A DNA stretch of 64,000 nucleotides from Octopus vulgaris (taxonomy: Eukaryota). The notes under the pieces were generated by a model, which saw nothing but the letters and a program-made list of their open reading frames with translations, was not told the origin of the DNA and ran no database searches. Each line of letters starts with the position of its first letter. Positions within the stretch are counted from its first letter, which is position 1. The translations under genes were made by a program, and so were the position numbers. The DNA lies in assembly GCA_951406725.2 (NCBI GenBank), contig OX597817.1, positions 107,818,001 to 107,882,000 of the forward strand. Direction: 5' to 3'. Shown here piece after piece: positions 25,616 through 38,012 of the stretch.

Positions 25616-27235
25616 TCTGTTTGTCATTTGAGTGAGTGTGTATGGATATGTATTTATAAGTGTGTGTGTATGCGTGCAAGTCTGTGTTGAGGATCGTGTT
25701 GAGACTATATTGGCATTGTGTCAAAAAGTATAACAGTTACGCAATAAATATCAAAAAATTAATTTCTGAACTTTCAGTATAGCCGTAGCTCTGAGCCTAG
25801 TACTACAGTAAAAAAAAAAGTGTTGGGATCAATATGATTGAATAAAATCCTTAAAGGAAATGCCCCAACAGAGCCGCAGTTGACTGACTGAAAAACACAG
25901 CCTAAAAGTGTTCTCTATTCATTTGCCAAAAACCCCTTGTGTCACACCTTCACCCATACTCCCACCTCCTCGGGATACATAATTACGAAACTCACCAGGA
26001 GTAATTGCTTATGCATTATTAAAGTATCCAAAAACGTACAATCTTGGTAAATCCTTTCATTACACTCACACGACGAAGTACAATTTCTATCGTAACTCAT
26101 GTCCAATGTTATAAAAACGGTGGCCAGACTCCTCGCAGTAAGAATACAGTGAATGACAAATATGAACATATTCTACAGTGTAACTACAACTACAAGAAGA
26201 ACTGACATCAGTGATGCAGTACAGGAAAAAAAAAAGAGAAAAGAAGACATTCGGGATCTAACGAAAGTAATTCATACTAGTCTACTGACTAAAACTAATC
26301 TCTTTCTCGTTGCTGGTATCATAACACACAGATTACCAACAGGGCTGCAAGTAAACACCACAAGCATAATACAAGGCCATTGAGCCATCACAAAATAGCC
26401 ACCTTAACTACTTTAGCCCTGAATTCAAAAGGAAAATTCCGAGTTGAAGGGCTGTTAACACTGATTGTCTTCTGTGCTACCAATTGAAAAAGATAACTGT
26501 CTTATTGCTATCTGCTTTCTTCGTCGCCGACGAAGCAAAGGTGGCGCTATCTTAGGACATTTGTTCTGTTAAATGCATAATGTGTTACAATAGTGGCGTT
26601 CAAAATCAGGTTTTTGTCTTGTATTCCGAGCAACCTTCTGCCATCAGCTCTCGCCAAATCGAAGCGGCTGAAGAGATTTAGAAACTCGAATTAGTCGGTA
26701 ACGTTCCCATGATTTCGAACCGAACCATTTATTAAATTCACAGAACTTGATTAGTTTCATTCCATTGCTCATACAGGAATAATGATAAGAATATACAAAT
26801 TGACCAGATAATCTACATCGCTTAACATTTAATCAACGCCATTTTATTACATAATTATCATGTGGGACAATTAGACCGTGGAAATCTGGAACCTAACATT
26901 ACTATGGTCTTAGGTTTAATGTTTTACATAGAAAGCTAACAATGTGTTGATTCTTTCAGCCGTCTTGTCTTCAAATGTTATTCCTTATTTATTATCGTGA
27001 CTTTCGTCCACAAGAGTCCATGACTTCCCTTCCTACTACAAAGGATCAGCCATATCTGATTTTTAGACAGAATAATTAGACAAAATAACAGGCAAACAAT
27101 TTACTTTAGCTTTATTTTCAAAGGCAGTCGGGCTTAAATATCCACTGCTACAACTGCATTGAATACACATATCTTTTCAATAACATCTCTCTCGATCAAA
27201 GCTTCTGTTCGCATGTAAAAATAACAAGTCATTTA

Positions 27236-27431
27236 TTCTTTTATTTGTCTCAGTCATTTGACTGCGGCCTTGCTGGAGCACTGCCCTTAGTCGAACAAAT
27301 CGAACCCAAGACTTATTATTTGTAAGCCTAGTACTTATTCTATCGGTCTTTTTGCTGAATCGCTAAGTTACAGGGACGTAAACACGCTAACACCAATTGT
27401 CAAGCGATGGTAGGTGGGACAAACACACACA

Positions 27432-27524
<93 letters not shown>

Positions 27525-27690
27525 GACGGGCTTCTTTCAGTTTCCATCTACCGAATCCACTCACAAAGCTTTGGTCGGCCCGAGGCTATAGTAGAAGATA
27601 CTTGCCCAAAGTACCCCGCAGTGAGATTGAACCCGGAATCGATTGGTTGGCAAGCAAGCTTCTTAGCACACAGTCACGCCTGCTCCTATA
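27236..27690 (-). mobile_element. SINE family A, full length with central (CA)n
   Basis: tRNA-like head, ccttgggcaagt body, microsatellite, tail ctccagcaaggccgcagtcaaatgactgagac. Confidence 0.88.
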
Positions 27691-27882
27691 TATACGTCTG
27701 ATATTCAAATAAGTTGTTGAGATTTCAGTCGTCTCGTGGTTTTGAGCTCTCATGGACATGAAACTTCAATCACAATGTATTACCATTAACGAACTCCATT
27801 ATCTAATGTATTTCACTCTGTTGTATGTATTGAGCACGTTGATTTTGTTCATACAAACATCTATTTTACTACACACACACAC

Positions 27883-28043
<161 letters not shown>

Positions 28044-28234
28044 CAGCTAGTGGTATTTATTGGGCCGCTGAAGATAGAAATATATGATTAATATGTGTGT
28101 GGTCTGTGAATCTCTTATGTTTCAAGATCTCGTTATTCTGACTCTTTCATTCATGTAAAGCTGAACTTGTTAATAGGTTCATGCTTTATGGTGATTTTGT
28201 TGTTTGTATTATTATATTATATATATATATATGT

Positions 28235-28644
28235 TCTTTTATTCTTTTACTTGTTTCAATCATATGACTGCGGCCATGTTGGAGCACCGTCTTTAGTCGA
28301 ACAAATCGACTCCAGGACTTATTCTTTGAACGCCTTGTACTTATTCTATCGGTGACTTTTGCTGAACCGTTAGGTTACGGGGACATAAACACATCAACAT
28401 CGGTTGTCAAGCGATGGTGGCGGGATGACAAACACAGACTCACAGACATATATATGCATATAGGCACAGGAATGGCTTGTACAGACGCAGGAGTGGTTGT
28501 GTGGTAAGTAGATTGCTTATCAACCACACCGTACGGGTTCAGTCCCACTACGTGGCACCTTGGGCAAGTGTCATTTACTATAGCCTCGGACTGACCAAAA
28601 CCTTGTGAGTGGATTTGGTAGACAGGAACTGAAAGAAGCCCATC

Positions 28645-28701
<57 letters not shown>

Positions 28702-28786
28702 CATACAAACATACAAACATATATATTTATATATATGTATATATATATATACATATATATTTATATATATGTATATATATATATAT

Positions 28787-28830
<44 letters not shown>

Positions 28831-28866
28831 GTATTTGTGTTTGTCACCCCGCCATCACCTGACAAC
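28235..28866. mobile_element. SINE A tail (-) abutting SINE A head (+), the latter truncated by a PLE
   Basis: 28235-28460 is a reverse tail; 28483-28866 is a forward head plus (TA)n, ending at the PLE junction. Confidence 0.75.
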
Positions 28867-30195
28867 GGAAAGGTCGGAGAATGGTGCGTTGGGGGGAGGT
28901 AGGTGAGGGGGGAAACGGGAGACGGGCAACGACAGGGCGGGTGTGAGGAGAAAGAGCAGAGACACGGTCCACAGATCGTGTCTTGGCAAGGGCAGTGTGG
29001 ATAGTGGTGAGAAGATATCCACGTAGGATGAAGTAGCGAGCCATGAGTTGAGACTGAGTCTCAAAGTTATGGTTGTCACTGCAGAGCCTGCACAGATGGA
29101 GGAATTGGGATTAGGGGATGGAGAGCTTGGTGTGGGTAGGGTGGGAGGAGGAGAAGTTAAGATAGGAGTGTGAGTCAGTGTGTTTGTAGTGGGTGAAGGT
29201 AGTGAGAGCAGACTAGTGTATTCTGACAGAAATGTCAAGAAATTCGACGGAAGAGTTAGAGATAGTGCAGGTGAATTCGAGGGCTGGATGGAAGGGTTGG
29301 ATAAAAGAGAGGAAGAAGTTTAGTTGTTCGCGGGAGAGGAAGGTTGCGCCGATACAGTTATTGAGATAACGACCGTATAGTTCGGGAGTGGAACCAGTGA
29401 ACTGTGAGAATATTTGGGTCTCAACGTAGCCAATGAACAGGTTCACATAGTCGGGATCCATTCACGTTCCCATGGACACTCCCGACAGCTGTTGGTAAAA
29501 ATCCCCCGCGAACGAGAAGCAGTTGAGGGAGAGAACAAGCTCGGCCAAACGAAGTGTGGAGGTGTCAGGTCGAAAGTCCAGAAAGTGTTTCCTTCGTTGT
29601 GTGGGATCATCGTATATAAACTCTTGATATCAAGAGTGAAGAAAAATTTAGAGGGGCCAGAAAGGAAGGAGAAAGAGTTAAAGAGACGGAGAGCATGGTT
29701 AGTGTCGTGGATGTGGAAGGGGAGGGAAGCCACGTGGGGGTAAGGACACGGTCGAGGTATTTGGAGATCATTTCGCGGGGAGGGGGTCAACTGCAGGCAG
29801 AGACGATGGGGTGCCCAGAGTTGTTGGGCTTGTGAATTTTGGGAAGGAAGTAAATTGTAAGGATGCGTGGAGTGCGGACAATAAGGTTGGAGGCGGTGGT
29901 AGAGAGGTGTGAGGAAGAAATGAGGTCATGGATAATGGAGGACATAATCTGTTGGTAGTTAGACGTGGGGTTGGAGGGCAATAGAAGGACGTGTTTTGAA
30001 GTTGGCAGAGAGCTTCGGCTTTGTAAAGGTCTGCGCGCCACACCACCACAGCTCAACTCTTGCCGGTCGGTTTTATGATGATATCTTTGCGGTGTCGGAG
30101 AATCAAAGCGCCGAAAATTCGGCCTAGGAGATGTTAAATTGTCGGAGACGCCTGTGAAAGTTGAACCAGTCCACAACACGTTGGCAGATGCTTGT
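28867..30195 (-). mobile_element. Penelope-like element RT fragment (degenerate)
   Basis: VVWRADLYKAEALCQL, YFLPKIHKPNNSGHPIVSACS, TLDIKSLYTMIPHNEG, DYVNLFIGYVE, RYLNNCIG, FHPALEFT..VEFLDISV; frameshifted. Confidence 0.88.
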
Positions 30196-30352
30196 AAACA
30201 TATATATATATATATATAACATATATATATATATATATCAATATATATATATATATATATATGTATCAATATCAATAATACAGTGATTGTTTCTTGTCAG
30301 GAACAAAAAGATTAATAGGACTGCTATAGAAGTGCTCTATTGAAAGAGACAA

Positions 30353-30635
30353 ATATATCAAACTAAAGTTATTGAACAAACAAATGCAAGGTCATCCGCA
30401 TAGCATTTCATAATTCGAACGTTTAATCATAGAATATACATATAAACATCCCGCAAGATGGAACATAATTCATCTGTACAAGCATATAAGCATATATATT
30501 ATATGCTTGTACAGATGAATTATGTTCCATCTTGCGGGATGTTTATATGTATATTCTATGATTAAACGTTCGAATTATGAAATGCTATGCGGATGACCTT
30601 GCATTTGTTTGTTCAATAACTTTAGTTTGATATAT
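30353..30635. repeat. perfect inverted repeat, 137-bp arms with 9-nt spacer
   Basis: 30353-30489 is the reverse complement of 30499-30635; arm encodes an RT-like CYADDLAF. Confidence 0.92.
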
Positions 30636-30879
30636 GTATATGTATATATATATAACGTAAAGTATACTAGCCATCTCAATATGGCTAACCACTAAGGGTG
30701 GGTGTTACTGTAGCTTTTAGCCCCAGGAGATCATCGTCTTCAGCTGGCTTTAGGCACACTTTCTGTGCTCTTATGGTATTATATGTATACATGCATATAT
30801 GTGTGTGTGTTGTAGATATAGAGATAGATAGATAAATTGATAGGTAGACAGACAAATGTTACCTCTTATAGTTCATAGT

Positions 30880-31015
30880 AGATATAAAATATTAGTTGTA
30901 AAATTGCTACTTAGAAGAGCATTTAAATTCTCTTTCGCAAACGATGCACTAACACAATTAGATATCTTTAGGGTAAAAAATATTCTTACCAATAATGGAT
31001 ACAAAAACCAATTAT
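30880..31015 (+). mobile_element. short PLE thumb-region fragment
   Basis: LLRRAFKFS...VKNILTNNGY resembles the PLE RA.K.CS...L..NGY motif. Confidence 0.45.
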
Positions 31016-31029
31016 TAACGTCTGCCTAT

Positions 31030-33066
31030 TCAACATCTCGGATTGGCAGAAACTGTTGTTGTTCCCTTTGGTCTTCTCCTACGTTACGAATGGCAATAGT
31101 GGATCCCTCACTTCTTCCATGAAACGGCAATTCGAGCTGTTCGAATCTACCCCAACCACTATTCATCTCAGGTCCGTCATCAGCTCAACCCCGAACAATG
31201 GTCGACCACCTAACTTAAAGAAGGCTGTTAATGCCAAATTCGGAGAATTTGACATTAAGGGGCTGGTCGCCTTCTTTCCTCTCTGTCCTCCCTTGTCCCG
31301 TGTATTACAGACTCATTCAACAAACTGAAGGAGAAACATCCTCCGATCCCTCCAGATGATGACCTACACTGGACCGATCCACCAAGTTTTCTACAACCCA
31401 TCTTCATCCCTGACAGCGTCAGAAGAGCAATTAACTCTTTTCCAGCAGGTTCTGGCGCTGGGATCGATGGCTCACGACCTCAGCATCTCAAGAATGGTAT
31501 CCCCTTGTCAGCTGGTGATGCCGGGATCGAACTCTTGGAGAACCTAACAGAGTTTATAAACTTGTTCTCGTCCGAGAGTGTCCTCGCCTACATTCGTCCC
31601 CTGTTCTTTGGGGATAAAGTATTTGGTCTCACCAAGTCCAACGGTAATCTTCGCCCCATAGCAGTTGGTTGTATTCTACGACGGGTCACAGCAAAAGTGT
31701 GCCTGTTCGAGGAGTGGGTGCTAAGCTAGGTTGTGAGGCTGCTGCTCATACCATCAGGACTTTCACCAACTTGCCCTCTGAGTCCCCAAAGGTCATCCTC
31801 AAACTTGACCTTTAGAATGGTTTTAACTCCATCAGTCGATACGTCATCCTCCGCGCACTAAGGGAGAATTCCACACTACTTTACCACTTTGCTTGGCAAG
31901 CATATCGGGAGTCCTCCTACCTCTCGTTTGGTGACCAACTCATCCCATCTGCCTCTGGAGTCCAACAGAGTGATCCACTTTGTCCAGCCCTATTCGCATT
32001 GGGTATTCATGATGTCACAAGATGGAAGCCGACCTAGACCTAAATGTCTGGTACCTCGATGACGCTTGTTTGGGAGGCCCTCCTGGTGAGGTGCTTTCAA
32101 CTGCGAGGACGATGATCGAGGAACTTGGTCGTAGAGGTCTTAGCGTTAACAGCTTCAAATGCGAGCTCTGGCTCTTCAACCACCCAGCTTCGCATGAGCA
32201 GACTACTAAACTATTTGTTGACTCCCCACCTCTCAATCACGATTCCTCCTTCATCAACGTGGTGCTCCCTTGGAGCCCCAATTGCTGACCTAGCTTTCGA
32301 GTTCATCTTTAGATCCAAATTGGCTAACCTCGAACTACTTCCAGCTAATGAAAAATTCTCAGGGAACTGGATTGATGCCCTTCCTGTGGCCAACATTGGA
32401 GGTCTACTCAGTCTGGATGAACTCCACATCTCCATCGCACTCAGAGTGGGAGATGACATCTGTAGGAGACTGAGATGCCGCTGTGGTAGGCCTTTCGACC
32501 CCACAGGTCCTCACGGTCTGATTTACCGCCTAAATGCTTGTCACTTCGCTCGTCGCACCGAGCTAAACCTAATCATTAAGCAGGCCCTGGCTCGGATTAA
32601 TATCCCTCAGTTCTGGAGCCGTCGGGGTTATCCAAAAGTGATGGAAAGAGTTCAGATGGTCTTACCCTATGTCCCTGGGTTAGACGTAGGTGTCTCATTT
32701 GGGATACCACAGTCCGCGACCCTTTTTGCTCCTTTTCACATCCTGAATGTTGCAGTTGATGGGAGGGTCACTGCTTTCGTAGCCGAACGGAAGAAAACCC
32801 TGAAGTATCGGGACCTGACAGTGAACTATCCCGTCTAACCTGTGGCGTTTGAGACGTTCGGAGGGAGTGGGCCACTAACCGTGAAGTTCTTGTCAACGTT
32901 ATCAGCCTGCCTCACCGAAGTGTCAGGTGATGCCGATGAGGGCGCTTGGCTTTCCCAATGTCTTAGCCTCACCATCGCCCGTAGTAATGCTGCGAACATA
33001 CTGGCTTGCTTCAGTAGGTTCCGTTAAACCTCGTGGTGTGCAACTAGTTGCTATGATAAAAAAAAA
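31030..33066 (+). mobile_element. CRE-clade non-LTR retrotransposon (RT + restriction-like endonuclease), degenerate
   Basis: GNLRPIAVGCILRR, GVQQSDPLCPALF, WYLDDACLGG, WIDALP, CRCG..D..G.H, PVAFETFGG, LSLTIARSNAA; A-rich 3' end near 33056. Confidence 0.85.
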
Positions 33067-33924
33067 TTCACTACAAATGGTTTCAAATGGTTTAACAGAA
33101 AGATTTGGAAGAATTAGATGAAAGTTCACCGGTAATTTTCTTTCATGTAAATAAATGTTTATATGTCCGTTATGACAATTTCTTTCGATCAATTCTGTTA
33201 GTTCACTTCCAAAAGTATCTGCATAATGCAGGTCTTCAGTGAGCTTCCTTTTATTAAGCCAAGATATATAAAAAAAAAAAGAAATAGGACGGTAAGTACA
33301 ATAGACACCAACTGTCCTGAGAAAATAATTTCCAAGCTTCACATAAAATGTATTTCATAAAGAAGTGTACTCTGGCTAAAGGGCAGATGAACTTGTCATC
33401 TATGTAATATATAAACACATTATAAAATGCATTAGGCATAGTACAACATACGTTATACATAATTTACACTACAAAAAGCAATCAAAATATACTAAAAAAA
33501 AAACTACTCAACAACAATCCATAAAACCGCATGCTGCTGAACAAACTTCAGATAATCAATGTTATCTATAAGTTTATATAGGAATATGAATGATGTAAAT
33601 AGCTACATTAGTCAAATAGGTACAGCACTCTTGCCAGCTCAATCAACATACATTTGAAAAAAAAAGTGTAATTGCAATGCATTGCGTCAAACAGCGATTA
33701 GAGGGAGGGAGGGAGTCTCTATATGATCGTTCGATATGCTAGAAAGTGTACCCTTCCTTAAATCACACCTTACTGTAAACAGAAATTTATGGATTGGATA
33801 TGGTAAGTTTGATTGTACAATACTTGGGAAAATTCTGATACTCATGGCTTAAGTGCCTTTGATCATAAGTCTACTGTTAGAACTGATTAAGATTAAACAA
33901 CATTATAAAAAAATTATAAACATA

Positions 33925-34115
33925 AGGCTTGACATTTTTGGGGAGGAGGATGGTCGATTACATCCATCCCAGTGCTTATCAGGTACTTATTTTATAGACC
34001 CTGAAAGAATGAAAGGCAAAATCGCCCTCGGTGGCATTCGAACTCAGAACGTGAAATTGGAAGAAATGCCGCTAAGCATTTTGACTGACATGTTAACGAT
34101 TCTGCCAGCTCCCGC
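33925..34115 (-). mobile_element. SINE family B
   Basis: gaatgaaaggcaaaatcgccctcggtggcattcgaactc...ttctgccagctc. Confidence 0.7.
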
Positions 34116-34460
34116 CCGGGAAACAATATATATAAGAAAAACACAATGCAAAAACTGACACAGAGTTAACACACCTTAGTAACAAATCTCTAACACGCCT
34201 TAGTAACAAGGCCTCTCCCAACCTGATCTGTGAAATGATAAGACAGCAATCAATAAACTGATTCGTAGCTGAAACACAAACACCTTATTATAACAATTTG
34301 AAAATAAGCTCCCTTTACCAATTGTTGGAATGAAATTGGAAAAGGCAAATACTGAGGAGTCACAAGTCGTTTTATTGAATCACACGATACTACCCTGTAT
34401 CTTTTTAGATACAGTGATCGACAGGGTATGTTGCCTCTACTTGTATATTACTTGTACATA

Positions 34461-34661
34461 CAAGATGCATTCAAAAAGTCTCCGATGTTATTTTTCCCGC
34501 TAAAACTAATGCCACGTGCACAACTGACACGGCCTACCTGCGCGAAAATTTTCACGCATGTGCAGGAAGGGTGGCGTCACCTCCCACGCAAAGGATTTTG
34601 TTTGCGCGGCATTAGTTTTGGCGGAAAAAAATCAAGTCAAATACTTTTTGAAAGCAACTCG
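34461..34661. mobile_element. Tc1/mariner-type MITE
   Basis: ~60-bp imperfect TIRs (ttcaaaaagt...aaaactaatgcc), TA flanks. Confidence 0.75.
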
Positions 34662-35492
34662 TATTTACTTGAACATATCTACCTGTCAAAAATTATTTAA
34701 AACTACCTTTAGAGTATAAGTTATATCATGAAATGCAAATGGATATTGTGTTTAGAATTGGGTCCCATCCCTAACTTGTCCCATTTTATAGCTGCAAATA
34801 TAAAAATACTCATAATCCCGACAAAAACCAAAAAACAAAATAATACCAAAAAAAAAAGTCAAAACGAAACCTGCAACATTCGTTCTCAGGAATTTCGGAT
34901 AAGGGATTCTCTCAACTGTACTACGAAATATGCTATTGTATGATCCTTTTACCATATCTTTGTACAACTTATATAAGGTGTCTTATGCTGCTTTACACCC
35001 CTCCTTTTTCTTTTTTTTCTCTTCTCTTTCTTTTTTTGTTTTTCCTTTTTCTTTGTACTTTTACAAGCATGTTATAAATGTTAAGTAATAGTGTTAATTA
35101 AAGAAAAAAAGTAATGACTTAACTAGAGAAAGAAGAACAGTCTCCGTCCGATGAGCTTCCACATGTTTCGGACCATCAAATTTCACTCACAATGATCTGG
35201 TCGATCCAAAAGTATGACAGAAGACACCTACTCAAAGAACTGTGCATCTGCGAGCTTCTTTTGTATTTAGCTTTGATGTGACCTCATACTTGTTCTACAA
35301 TGTTCACCTCACCAAACACTAAAAAAACAAAAATAACAAAAATTATCACTTTATTCACAAGCACACTCTATTTCTTAGCCATGCCTGCGTCCATTGCATA
35401 AAATTCAATGATTCGTTGACATAGCAGAACATTACAGTTGGTTTTTCTCATAATTGGGTGTTATGTAAAACTGGTTTGATAGCATACACACA

Positions 35493-35586
<94 letters not shown>

Positions 35587-36848
35587 AACACATACACAAA
35601 GACACATAGACACGCAAGCACGCACACAAACACACGCGCAGGTAAGCGCGCACAACGTTGAATTTGAACATTAAACGAAGTACTTGACACATCTAAACAA
35701 AAGTATAATATTTTTCGATCACAATGGGCATTATTATTATTATTTTTTTTTTTGCTCCATTCTTTGTAATATATTTACAATCTATCGTTTTGTATGTATT
35801 TGTTTTGACCTATATACATACGTCTGATATAAGGATAGTAGATGTGTTTGTTACCTTTAACTTACTTATTTATGAAAACTAGGTTGCTTTATAAGTAGCA
35901 ATGGTTGCTATTGTCACGACTACTTTTCTTAAACTATTGTAACAAATGCTCTAGAGAAAGAAGTAAGACTCGATGTGTTTTCGATTCTTGCTTGTGGCAA
36001 TTTCACTTTGCACACACAAGACTATTTCAGTCTAATTTCATTTCCTTATGCTTATTTATATTGATTTCTAACAGGCAAAAGGCTTCAAATTTGAGGAGAG
36101 AGTGTATAATCGACTTTGCTTATTTTATTGACTTTAGCCCTCTTGAAAAGATGTGAGTTGACTTTGACGAGATTCGAATGCAGAATGTAAATACACGTAG
36201 GTAAAAGCCGCAAGAAATTTAGCTGCGCCTCAACTGTTTCCGATAATTACAGCCAAAGTAACAGCAGTGGACTTGCAGAAACGATTGGCGGTATTTAGTT
36301 CAGCCCATTACATTCTGAATTCAAATCAATATCACAAATCAAGAGAATGTGTTGCAACAGTTCAAATTCCGTGAGAATCAAGTCAACCTTACCTTTTATT
36401 AGAGTAACGGTATTAAAATAAGACAAAGGTTTCTTCTCAGGTACAACTTCACATAGATGGAAGGTATATAACAGAGCTATTATTCGTAATTCAAAAATGA
36501 TAACTGAATGAAAAGCAAAAACGATCCTGGTGTAAATTGAACCTAGAATGAATGTAAAAAGGAGTTAAATAGAGGACACATACACTGTCGAACACGCTGC
36601 CGATTCTGCCAGTACTACCGCCGCTGCGATACTACCCTGTATCTAAAAAGATAAATCAGCGAAAAATAGAGATCAGAGGTAATTTGTGTATTGCACTATA
36701 ATATATTAATTATACCAGGCAATATTTAAAATAGAAAAGACAGAACATTTATACAGATCTCACAAAGGAAGCAAAAATTCAGATTTTCCTTGTTCAAAAA
36801 TATTTCTCTTTCTGAACCATTCAGTTGAGAAACAAACTTCTTAACATA

Positions 36849-37050
36849 CAGCCAGGTTGCTGAAAAATTCCTGGCTTCAAGGGTTGGTTGGTGGCCCAAA
36901 CTTCCGAGTTTTTTTTACAGGGCTTAGAAAACTGAAGGACTGCTGCAATAAGTGAGTAAATCTGAGAGGCGACTATGTTGAATAAAATAATTAACTAATC
37001 CTCCTGCATTTTCTTTTACTCAGAGCCAGGAAATTTTCAGTAACCCCTCG
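36849..37050 (+). mobile_element. mariner-derived MITE
   Basis: TIRs ggttgctgaaaaattcctggct / agccaggaaattttcagtaacc, TA flanks; retains transposase C-terminus NLRGDYVE*. Confidence 0.75.
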
Positions 37051-37070
37051 TATATATATGTGTATATACA

Positions 37071-37150
<80 letters not shown>

Positions 37151-37153
<3 letters not shown>

Positions 37154-37500
37154 GGTGTCCCAAAAGTCACTGATGGGCTTCAATTTTTAATAACTTCCTT
37201 AACTTTATAAATAAATGCATGAATCTTGACGCAATATAATGAACATAATGGAAATTAATATGCACAAGTCAAATTATGCAATACCACTACATATGAAAAA
37301 TGACATCACTTACATGGCAGCCATTTTCGGCTTCACACGCCCGTGCTCTTTCCAAAACTTGCACCATAACACCCGCAAGAGTTTCAGACCCCACTTCTCT
37401 GATTTTTCTATTGATGTTCTCCAGTTGCACCAGGATCTCCGGTTTGTTGACGTAAACCCTCTCTTTCAGGTATCCTCACAAGAAAAAAATCCGGGCTAGT
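37151..37500 (-). mobile_element. Tc1/mariner-superfamily 3' fragment
   Basis: ta-cagggtgtccc terminus; minus strand reads DFFL*GYLKERVYVNKP...RARACEAENGCH. Confidence 0.75.
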
Positions 37501-37522
37501 CAAGTTTGGGGAACGTGAAAGC

Positions 37523-37562
<40 letters not shown>

Positions 37563-37865
37563 CGGGGTTCTTTTTCCGTATACCAAATCCAATCATAAGG
37601 CGCTTTCGTTGACCAGTGGCTATAGTAGAAGACACTTGCTCGAAGTGCACGGGACCAAGTAGTTGGGAACCACACTGCCACCCCCACCTTCCTATGTATA
37701 TTGTAGAATTGGATCACGAACTACATTTAAGGCTATAAATGATATCACATAAATGTCGGACTGAAAAACCTATAGCTATATAAAAACTTATATGTACTTC
37801 GTGATCCAATTCTAAAAATGAATTATTCCACGTTGCCTCGAAAGTTTATAAATTCTTATGATATC

Positions 37866-37997
<132 letters not shown>

Positions 37998-38012
37998 CTA
38001 TATATATATATA

